Made by a program: the position numbers and the translations under genes | Notes under the pieces: generated by a model | What the model was told of the DNA's origin: nothing | What the model saw: the letters and a program-made list of their open reading frames with translations, nothing else | Database searches by the model: none | In this document: positions 8,898 to 18,440 of the stretch, piece by piece | How positions within the stretch are numbered: the stretch's first letter is position 1 | How the letters are laid out: each line of letters begins with the position of its first letter | Source: Neophaeotheca triangularis | Taxonomy: Eukaryota | DNA length: 20,000 nucleotides | Direction: 5' to 3' | Assembly (NCBI GenBank): GCA_054600435.1 | Contig: BAAIJX010000077.1 | Coordinates: 50,530 to 70,529, forward strand

Positions 8898-10338
8898 GAC
8901 TGATGGTCGATGGCCCATCCTCAGTCAATCGTGCGGCAGCTCTCTGTGTGACGCGACCGCCCCATCTGTGATTTGTACCTTGTTAGCTAGAACGAGAAGG
9001 CATGAACAGACCGGAGCTCACCATCGAATTCTTCACTCCACTTTTCTCGGACCAAGGCTGCTCCAGCTGAGCGGGAGCGATGATCATCTCTGGTGACTTG
9101 AGGCCCGCCCACCTCAAGCCTGCGGCAGCCCTTGCAAAGAGCACGTACGATGCTGCCGCCCCACTGGAATCCTGGAAAAGTCAAGGGCGTTAGTACATCA
9201 TTGAGCCGTCGGCATGAAAAGAGAACTCACTACGAGTAGGAAGGGGCCCGCCCACCACCATCCATACGACAGCCCTGGCCCAAAGGACGCAAAAGCTCGC
9301 TGTCGCCCCACTGGAATCCCTAGGCAACTGTTAGCTTTCGAACGTTGCTTGTTGGAGGAGACTCACCTCTGTTGTCACTTATCAGACTGGGAGTCCGTCC
9401 CCAAGTGGCTGGGGTCCCGCCCACCCTCAGCCGTGCGGCAGCCCAGAAGCTTTTTGCTGCCGTCCCGCTGTCTGTCGAAGTGTCAGACTGCTCTTGCTCA
9501 GGGGGGGGACACGTACCTATTTCGCAAAGCTGACACACAGATAGTCTGAGGGCCCGCCCTCCCTCAGCCTGCGGCAGCCCAGAGAACGTTCAGCTGCCGC
9601 CCCGCTACCTGTAAAAGTGTCAGAAGCTTTTCGGGGAGGAGACTTATCAGGTTCCTTGAAGTCGACCAGAAAAGATGGTCTGAGGTCCCGCCCACCCTCA
9701 GCCTGCGGCAGCCCAGAAAGCATTCAGCTGCCGCCCCGCTACCTGTGAAAGTGTCAGTAACTGCTTTTCAAAGGGGAAGCGGACGTACCTGGTATGAGGC
9801 AAACGACACACACTTGAATGAGGGCCCGCCCACCCTCATCCTGCGACAGCCCAGAAAGCATTCAGCTGCCGCCCCGCTACCTGTGAAAATGTCAGCAACT
9901 GCTTTCCAAAGGGGAAGCGCACGTACCTGGTTTCAAGAGACGCACACTTGGATGAGGGCCCGCCCACCCTCATCCTGCGACAGTCCAGAAAGCCCTTCAC
10001 TGCCGCCCCGCTCCCTGTAGGAATGTTAGTGCACTCACCTCGCCTGGCTGAGGTCCCACCCTCCCTAGCCCGCGGCAGTCCATGAAGCCCTCTTCTGCCG
10101 CCCCGCACTCACCTCGTCTGGCTAAGGTCCCACCCTCCTTAGCCTGCGGCAGCCCAACTGCTCGACGCTGCCGCCCCGCTGCCTGTGAAACGTGTCAGCT
10201 AAGAGTGCCTCGCTGAGTGAGATTCGGGTGAGAATACTGACTGACTTTGGATGCAGACGAAGCTGCGTTTGGAAGAGGGCCCGCCCACCCTCAACCATGC
10301 GGCAGCCCAGACGCTGAATGCTGCCGCCCCGCTGTTTT
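8898..10338 (-). repeat. tandem array of about 11 diverged exon+intron modules (about 134-150 bp period), each with two hairpins
   Basis: Recurrent minus-strand consensus CAG|...GGGGCGGCAGC-N13-25-GCTGCCGCA-GGCTGAGGG-TGGGCGGG-CCCTCAG...|GT. Acceptors at 10339, 10183, 10015, 9881, 9743, 9609, 9472, 9320, 9172 and 8966, plus one unit without its own intron at about 10039-10106. Confidence 0.95.
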
Positions 10339-10457
10339 CTGTGTGCAGCATGTTAGCGATGACCGAGACAGCACTGCAGTGTAAGACTTCCCTCATTGGA
10401 GCTATCAGCCGCCGTGTGGGCGTTGTGTTGGAACGATGGCGTGATGGGTTGGGAAGT

Positions 10458-10833
10458 CTGATGAGCGAGGAAAAATTAGCGAAGAACAGACTGCTCGAAG
10501 GGAAGGGAAAAGGGGAGGGTAATGAGCACCTGGGCCTGAGCAGAACTCAGACTTTGTTTGGTAGCCGGTCAGACTGAAACAATGTTGGCGGGTCGTTCTC
10601 GCAAGCGGTGGGGCAAGACTATTGCGCAACGATTAGCGAAGAACGAGTTGTTCGACCAGAAAACGTGGGGGGGGGATGAGCACCTGGGCTGAGCCAATGG
10701 CTCAGCAAGCAAATGGTCAACTTGGTGGGTAGCCTTATGGGGTGCTGATGGGCGGGTGCGACGGCGAGGCTAGGTGTCTGCATGTAGTTATTGAGTGATC
10801 TCGTGGTCAACGTTTGAAGGGAGGGTTGAGTAC
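10458..10833 (-). repeat. second family of 2-3 duplicated exon-intron units
   Basis: Plus-strand ATTAGCGAAGAAC...ATGAGCACCTGGG(C)CTGAGC occurs at about 10476-10551 and 10632-10706. A related GTACTC..CCCTCCC donor lies at 10833. Confidence 0.7.
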
Positions 10834-13800
10834 CTAGGCCATGGAGTGCGAGACATGCCATGACCAGGTGGGCATATGGTCACTTGAAACGTCGGATGTG
10901 GTGAGGTGTTGATGATTGTCGATGCTTATGGGAAGGTATGTTAGTAAGAGTCTATTCAGCAAAGGTATGGAAGGAAGGTTATGTGAGGATGTGTCAAGAG
11001 ATGAAGGCATTGGGTGTGTTTGATGTGAGGTGAAGTATATGTCAAGGAAGACGTGATCAATGTCATACCATGTGTGGTTGCTGCAATGGTGTGTCGATGG
11101 TAGGCGAAGGTGGTATGGTAGAGACAGTTGTGTAAGAGAGTGGAGGTGAGGAAGTTGTCGAATAATGTTGGTTGTTGGTCGATGTCGAAACTATTTAGAG
11201 GAGTGGGAGATACAGGTCAGCCAGCCGAGTTTTGTCAAAAAGCAAGTGGTCTATGCTTTTCGCTACCACTCCGGTGTGCGTTTGAAAGTGGGACTGTCGA
11301 AACCAGTGGGACGTGTTTGCCTTGGCGGCAGCAAGGCGGCGGTATGGTATGGTCTGAAGAGTTGCCGTATACGCGTTGGTGTACCCTATATTGCTCATGG
11401 ATCGACGTGGTCGACCGACATGTTTCTACTGTGTGATATCCATTGGTTTGAACATCATATCCTGTCCCTGACAGACACCATTGTTGTGTTTTCCCCATTG
11501 GATCGCAAATAAGGGCTTCCCAGCCAGAAGTCTTGTACAGGGGAGGCTGCCTCAGGCTGGGGGGCCTCCCAGGCCGCAGTGAAGTTCACCAGGATAGTAT
11601 TATTGTCGGTGGGCAGCAATAATATCGCGCGAGTCTGATCTCCCCTGGAATACTAGGAGATAGACATAAGAGAACCTCACAAAGGTGCTCTGTTGTAGTT
11701 TTGCCGCCAGACGTACTCTTATGCAATACGCTGGCCTGTCTTACTAGAGGTTCCAACACGCAAGAGGAACGCTTGTCAAACACGCTCTCACTTATTCTCT
11801 CGTCTACCAGGGCGCTGATGTTGTGTGTTTGGGTCTTGTGGCCCTCACAAGATCGAGTGTATTGCACATAGAGCCGTTTGGCAGTACTCTTAACGACTCT
11901 CAGTGCGGCGCATAGTCTAGCTAATTGTCGTTGAAACGCGTCCCAACGTGCCCTGGGAAATATGGTACAGGTAATCAGTCTTTCTGGCGCGCCATGCTGT
12001 AACCATCTCGTATGAGGTCCAGAGGCAGAGAGATTTGGCCTTCTATTCGAAGTTGGAACGGTTTCAACCATTGAGTACGAATCGGAAAACTGAGGCCCAA
12101 CTGGCTATGATAGTACCACAAAATGCTGCATCCACCGGCGTTACTGGTGAGAGAAAAGCAATGCCGAACCAAGAACGTCAAGGTTCCAGACGAGCCGAAA
12201 CTGGCAAAGCAATGGCACAGTACAGCATGCCATCGCAATGATCCCCCTACGCACTCGCAACATCGACCTACCCAACCGCTATCGAACCTTTTTCACTTCG
12301 CCGAGACAAGACAGAGACTTTGGTGAAATGCAAGAAACAGCGCGTTTCAGTTCGCCTAGAAAATAGTAACGACCGTGCGCAAGGGGCTATTGTTTCCCTA
12401 CCTGGGCTACATTGATGGAAGAGACGGGCCTAGGGCGACGAGTACCGCATTCGCGACAGGAACTATTCTATACGTGAGCAAGAGGAGTCTACAGGCAAGG
12501 CCGGGCATATCGATCACAAACATCCCTGAGAATGGCAACTGGCGCTGCAGTAATGGCTGTTGCGGAAGGCTGGCAATGTGGCCGATCGTACGGTAGGTTG
12601 ACGATGCGAGCAGAAGAGCAATGATAAAGAACGGTCACTGAGTGTTGACTAGAAAGACGAGTACATAGCATCTAGTTCTTACGGAAGTATCGGGAGCACG
12701 CGATGACTTAGAGAAGCACCCGGTAGCATCGTTTGCTAGTTGCTGTATCAGCTTCCAATTCCAAGCCACAGGGCAGCTCTTTTTGCAGTACCGCAAGCTT
12801 GTATCTGACGCGTTCACGAGAGTTATCTGGTGAGATCAGACACAGCCCGTGGCAGACCCTTCGAGCCTTATCAACACTGTATCTTTGCCGTGAGCAGAAT
12901 GCCAAATCTTTCAATAATCTGCTTTCCGCCTTGAACTCTGGTTCACTTGCGCCAGTGCATCAGAAGAGCGAGCTGTTTTCGGGCTGACGAATCGACATCC
13001 TCAACAAACTACCAACAGGCCTCCACCGTTCAATCCATTGGATAGGGACCTCACGATGAGATCTTTTCAGTCAAGATGCGCTCCTCTGGCTTACACTAAT
13101 ACCTACACAGCTTTTCCCGCGCCGCGATCAACGTACAGGCTGGCCACGCGAGCTAACGATTCCAACCTCTCGAAACTAGAAGAGTATCTACCCAGTTAAC
13201 CAACGGGTCTAAGAATTTGGCGGCCATCGAGGTCTTCAAGAGCTTTAGGGTGATTCACAAGGCAAGCGATGTCTAAAGAGCTAAGAAAAGCTGGATCAGG
13301 ATATAAAAACGATGATAGAAGGAAGCTGATTGGATGTAGGCGGATGGTCACAATGGCAGGCAGATAACGGCAAAGTACTGCAGTGCTGTACTAGACTCGA
13401 GTCGAGCGTTTACATTAGCTCTTCTGGCCGGTCGAAATCTCTTCGCTAAGCGACGTCTCATCCGCGATTAGTCTGTGCCAAAATCAACGAGGGTCTACTG
13501 TAACGCTGGCAGTAGGGCTCGAGCTATTTTCTGTAGGTTTTATAGATGCTGAGCGACCGAGAGAGGGCAGTGGAAGAAACGTCTGTAGAGGCTATGGAGC
13601 AGCGAGGGTATGAAAGAATGAAGCATTGATTCTTCGGGGCAACAACACTGGCATTCAAATGAGAGCGAGCGGTTTGGACTGCAACGAGCCCCGCAAAGGC
13701 CTGATGTATGATCCGTCAAGGCTAGGAGCCCTATTCGCAACAGGAAAATCATCGGCTGTGGGTTGAGCTGAGAAGCCCTGACGAGTTTCCGCTGGGATTG

Positions 13801-14473
13801 ACGGCTTGCGATCGTCGACTGGAATACTTCATGAGCGCGTTCACTGGGTTTTATTCCTCGTCCAAGAGATTACATACGTTTGATAGCGCCGTTAGAACGT
13901 ACAAGGTAGACAGATACAGAAGAGACAATCAGGGAGCTATAAAAGGCGCTTGAGGAGAGTAAAAAAGAACAGAGAGGGCAAGATGCTTGGAAGCCTGACA
14001 GACAGGTGGAGACCGTTCGATATGAAGAATGAGGGACGAGGGTGGCTGATCACGTTTATTGAAAACAATCAATCGCCTGTTCTGTTGGACGGCGGTCTTT
14101 TCTAATTCGTACGTGAGCAGCGCTTGCCATCTCCGGCCCCTTAAGCATTGTATTCTAGTAGAATACTTATGGGCGTTAGAGTTTGCGGTGTGTGGCACAA
14201 GCTTTTATTCGGCATGAGAGACACAGAGGGCAAAAGAGACTCAAGTTTGGTTCACTTCAACGGACCGGCGCGGCGCGAGCTCCTCTTCACCGTCGTGTCC
14301 TTCTACGTAATAGGAGACAATATCGACCCGATTCTGTTCTGTCCAAACTGCCCAATGTATCTCCCAATCCACAGCATCTCTGCCAATCAACACCAGCTCT
14401 TTTCTCCAAATCATTCCCACCCAGATCTGCCAGCTCTCGCCACGAAATCCTGTGATCCTGTGATCCTTGAGAA

Positions 14474-14965
14474 CTACTTCTTCGTCAGCGCAAGTCCATT
14501 CAAGGCAACATCTCCTAGCCGTGTTATTCTTTCTCGGCCTTCCAAATTTCTTTCCAGAGAGTACATAGCGTGACGATGAACGCTGATGAAGCACGTTGTT
14601 CTTGCCCTATCCGTGGTATGCAACTCAGTACCGGTAGTACAATCGGTATGCTAACACATCTAATCTTCCTCAGCTCCAGCATTTGCTTGTCTGGCTGGTC
14701 TTGCTCGTTCTTCGTTCAGTGCCGGTCTTTTTTTTTTTTTTTTCTATGCGCTCCAATGCCCTGGCTCCGCATCCGCGGTGTCTCATCGATGGGTAAATAG
14801 GGTATTCATTTTGTCGTGCGGATACGTATGCCGGTAACTCGGAAGGCTCTGAGAAGAGGCGTGAATTCGTAAGCTCATGATGTCGACAACGGGGGTTTGG
14901 GAGCGCGGGTTGGGGTCGGAAGACATAGTGTGAGTAGTGCGCGGAAGCTGTGATGTCACTGGCAT
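14474..14965 (-). other. candidate small spliced gene or ncRNA (exons 14826..14965 and 14474..14606; 90 aa if coding)
   Basis: Possible intron 14607..14825 (GTATCC, internal A-run, TACTGAG branch, TAG). Upstream are a pyrimidine-rich leader (about 15050-15200) and a TTTAAATAAA element (about 15468-15477). No homology recognised. Confidence 0.3.
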
Positions 14966-16255
14966 TGTTGGCACAATTGGATAAAGGTCGTTGGCGTAGA
15001 CGATCGATGGGTTTTCGGTCGAGAGCCGCAAATATCAGCAGAGGGTCATCTCTGAAGCGAGACGGGAGCGAACCAAAAAAAAAATAGGGACGAAATCGAC
15101 GATACCAAGAAAAGAGAGAGCGAGATATACAGCAAAACAACTAAAACAACAGTATACAACAAATCCAAGAAATACCCTCCCAAAAATTCAAAAAGGGAGT
15201 TCAACTTCCAAAAGCCTCTACGGGAAACCCCACTCGCGTCCAATCGAACGTTCCAGCACGAGCACCAGCCCTCAAATCCACCCCGCCGCCCTTCTGCAGC
15301 AGTGTCTCCTCGACCTACCTGTAGTAGACCGAACCACTTCTCCGTCAATCCCAGGCCTCGTGTGTTCAATTTTCAGTGCAGGTACTTGGGTCATTGGGTG
15401 TACAGCAAAATCCAGCCCCACAAACGGCGAAGTCAAGCATCCAAACCCTGCCGGGCAGTCCCAGCAGTTTATTTAAACAGCCCAGCTGGATCAAGCTTAA
15501 ACATCCTTAGGTTCGGCACGCAAAGCCAGCCGGGCTTCGGGGGGGGGGGGGGCGGGGGGAGGGGCATTTTTAAAAGCCGCTTCGAGCGCCGGATGGGCGA
15601 CTTTCGGTGTTTCTACCTCATACACACGGCGGTTAGGGGTGGCAGCGTTTTCAAAGTGTGGAATGAGCTTGATACGGCACGAGTGCTTCGCGTGCGTTAG
15701 GTTGGAATGTAGCTAGGTGTAGGATCTTTGATGCTCTGCAGCGCCGGGAGCTGAGCTAGAAGGACATTGACGCTTTGCAGTGTGGTTAGGGTCGGAATTG
15801 GTGTTGTCTGTCTGACTTGGATTGAGGAAGACAACCCCTTTAGATTTCAATGAGTTGAAGGCGGGGATATCTTAGTCGCAATTCGGTGATGTGAGGCTAT
15901 TTATTTTCCCAAAGGTGACAGTCACTCACGCTGGCATATGATCAACATACGCGGAGGCGATATCGTGATGTCTTGCTGAGGCTTAGGTCGCAACTTTGGG
16001 AACATACATTATGATGCGGTTTCCGAAACAATATCTTACTACATAACGCTACGCTGGGAGCAGGGAGCGTCACATCAAAGTGAACACTAGTACACTATGA
16101 CCAACTACGAGGTCCTTTTTCGCTTCTATCATAGTCGTTGACAACGACCGCCTGCCTCCAACGCCTCGAACGCCGCGCTAACCCAAACACAATTGCCCAC
16201 CCAAGCCTTGCGAATTAGCCTGCAACTGCATCGTGAAGATGTCCGTAACCCTCCA

Positions 16256-17884
16256 TCATCTCAACTCCCCAACGCCCGCCGGATTCCTCTCCAACTCCTT
16301 CCTGCTCCCGCCAACCCCACGCCTTCTCTCCTCATCCCGCTTCACAACGCCATCCATGACATCCTGCCTAGGCAAAAAGTCGCTAACAACCCACGGCGCA
16401 TTCCTTACATATCTCAACTCCCACTCGATCTTCTTGATCATTTCTTCGATATCCTTGTCTTTGGTTTCGTTATTGTGCAAACGCGGGAATGAGGGGAAGA
16501 GTTTTCCATCGCCGTGGACGCGGCCGGAGAAAGCTTCCGGACGGGGCACGATGTCCATGGGAATGCTGTCGGGGAGGTTGTTCTGCGTCGTAAGAGCCGT
16601 TTCGTGACACCAGGCCCGCGCGACGTTGCGGGCCGTATAGCCGCCACCACCGAGGACGAGGAGAGGTAGGTTGTGTTTCTGCACGTATGCAAGGCATTCG
16701 CCGTGTTGGCGGATGTTGAGGTTGAACTGCCCGAGGCGGTCGCCGCCGAGACTGTCAGCACCGCATTGAAGGACGATGGCGGAGGGTTTGTAGGAGGCGA
16801 TTACGCGTCCTGTGACGGATTCAAAGAGGTGGCTGTATTGTCTGTCGTCTATGCCGGAGGGGATAGGGACGTTGAGGGCAAAGTGCTCTCCTACGGTGCC
16901 TTTGAGTCCGGTGTCGGAGAGGTCGCCGGTGCCGGGGAAGAACTTATGGCCGGTGTCGTCGTAGGGGCCGTAGCGGTGGAAGGAGAGGGTCATGACGCGG
17001 GGTTGGCGCTGAAAGGCTTCTTCCACACCATCGCCGTGATGGACGTCAATGTCGATGTAGAGGACGCGCGGCCAGACCTTGAGCATTTCTAGTATGGCGA
17101 GGACGATGTCGTTGATGTAGCAGAAACCGCTGGCTTCGGCTTTGTGGGCGTGGTGTAGGCCGCCGCTCCAGTTGATGGCGATGTCGGATTCTTTGGAGGC
17201 GAGCTGGCGGGCTGCTGCGAGCGTTGCCCCGGTATACATGAAGAGGTAGCTCGACATTCCGTCAAAAACCGGGCAATCCGCTCCGGGGCTTTTGCTGAGA
17301 TTGTAAGGCCCGAGGTCAACATTATCACCCTCATGCTTAGGGGGGATGGCTCTGTAAAACTCTGGACGTTCGCATAGTTTCTCAAAAGTCTGCGGGGAGA
17401 CTTGAGATAAGAAGTCGACATAGTCTGGGTCGTGAAAGGCGCGGACTGCATCCTTGGTGGCTGGCATAGCTTCGTGGGTAGTCATGGCGTACTGGAGGCC
17501 GTACGCGAGGACGAGATGTTTGGTCAAAGTAAGACGCCAAGGCTTCATCGGATGTGTGCGACCAAAGTGCATATTCTCTACTTGACTGTTGTAGTGGAAG
17601 GAAACCTTGTGGCCTTTGGGGGCGGTGATGCCATTTTCCTCTACATTCTGCATGATGCGCTGGCGAAGCTCTTGCTCTTTTGCCCATTCGTGGTCATCGT
17701 CAGTCATGGGTGGGGTGACAGTGCCGTTCCCGTTCAAGGGCGCCTCGACATCGTGGCCGTTGGGCATGTCTTGGTGAGACCATGGCGAACGGGCGTGGGA
17801 GGGTGGTGGATTGGGATTGCTGGGATGCCAGTTCTTGACTATCGAGTTGCGTATGTCGGCTCGGTTGTTGGTGGGGCCTGCCAT
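16256..17884 (-). CDS. HOS2: class I histone deacetylase, Hos2/HosA type (542 aa, intronless)
   Basis: Hos2-type HFGRTHPMKPWRLTLTKHLV. Intact catalytic motifs GGLHHA, SGFCYINDIV, YIDIDVHHGDGVE, FFPGTG, QCGADSLGGDRLG and GGGGYT. First in-frame ATG at 17884. Confidence 0.93.
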   Translation of the reverse strand: MAGPTNNRADIRNSIVKNWHPSNPNPPPSHARSPWSHQDMPNGHDVEAPLNGNGTVTPPMTDDDHEWAKEQELRQRIMQNVEENGITAPKGHKVSFHYNSQVENMHFGRTHPMKPWRLTLTKHLVLAYGLQYAMTTHEAMPATKDAVRAFHDPDYVDFLSQVSPQTFEKLCERPEFYRAIPPKHEGDNVDLGPYNLSKSPGADCPVFDGMSSYLFMYTGATLAAARQLASKESDIAINWSGGLHHAHKAEASGFCYINDIVLAILEMLKVWPRVLYIDIDVHHGDGVEEAFQRQPRVMTLSFHRYGPYDDTGHKFFPGTGDLSDTGLKGTVGEHFALNVPIPSGIDDRQYSHLFESVTGRVIASYKPSAIVLQCGADSLGGDRLGQFNLNIRQHGECLAYVQKHNLPLLVLGGGGYTARNVARAWCHETALTTQNNLPDSIPMDIVPRPEAFSGRVHGDGKLFPSFPRLHNNETKDKDIEEMIKKIEWELRYVRNAPWVVSDFLPRQDVMDGVVKRDEERRRGVGGSRKELERNPAGVGELR

Positions 17885-18440
17885 GGTCGCGGTATCATAG
17901 TGGGGATAATGTCCAGCCACCTTGTCACCCAAGCAAGATGAAGTGATGTGCGGTGCAATTGATTGACGAGAGGCTTTCAAGTCGTGTGGAAGTTCAGATT
18001 GTCCAACATCGACCTAGGCTAGGCTAGGTAGCTTTCGGACATGGATGTGCAAGGGCCATGCGGCTCGGCGGTTGAATGTCCCGATTCCTGGGGTAAAGCC
18101 CGCCTACTGGTAGTCCCTTGAAACCTCCAGGGTTAGGGTTAGCGCTGCCTTCGTGCTTCGGCCCGCTTTCCAGTGTCGTTCAGTCGTCCTTCACTTGCAC
18201 CTGAACTTTCCCAACGCGTGCAACGAATATTCATCAACAATACGACTAAGACACACGTGATTATCATCAAAAAAACAACATAGTACCCAGGGATCCCTCA
18301 TTGCCTGACCCTGCGTCTGAGCCGCGACTGAAGTCCTAAAGTGTCTTACAAGGGCATTGAGGACTCCCCCCGGCGCAACACCTCCACGGAACGAACAAGC
18401 CGAAAGTTGAGGTGGGCTTAAAAGCCTCCCTGGTGGCAAG
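17885..18440. promoter_or_regulatory. 556-bp divergent promoter region with a telomere-like motif
   Basis: Lies between the HOS2 (-) and YNG2 (+) start codons. Contains AGGGTTAGGGTTAG at 18129-18142 and (CTAGG)3 at about 18014-18028. Confidence 0.6.

Larger units (their letters stand above)
7220..11068 (-). ncRNA. multi-intron non-coding transcript / snoRNA host gene (minimal span set by the outermost splice donors)
   Basis: Predicted minus-strand introns with donor, branch and acceptor: 10925-11068, 10778-10833, 10619-10683, 10458-10529, 10339-10391, 10183-10245, 10015-10112, 9881-9926, 9743-9788, 9609-9647, 9472-9516, 9320-9366, 9172-9230, 8966-9021, 8566-8773, 8389-8482 (weak), 8223-8273, 7903-8089, 7597-7809, 7273-7464, plus a GTGAGT donor at 7220. 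There is no continuous ORF: exon 8090-8222 and the joined exons 10338-10113 have stops in all three frames. Confidence 0.7.

Noticed and set aside
8898..10338. CRISPR array
   Set aside because: Eukaryotic context with no cas genes. The repeats are diverged, and the 'spacers' are homologous to each other and contain spliceosomal introns.
8898..10338. Repeat protein (GSGAAAECFLGCRRLRVGGPS units) or mutually exclusive coding exons
   Set aside because: Exon lengths fall in all three phases, stops occur in every frame of the first joined exons, and indels inside the motif shift the frame.
11586..13300. ORFs 11586..12071 and 12733..12987 as genes or a transposon relic
   Set aside because: No recognisable domain, terminal repeats or consistent splice pattern. 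A decayed gene cannot be excluded without a homology search.
18129..18142. Telomerase RNA template (CTAACCCTAACC on the minus strand) or chromosome end
   Set aside because: Only about 2.3 repeats, located about 250 bp upstream of the HOS2 ATG with no room for a TER. A promoter motif is more plausible.
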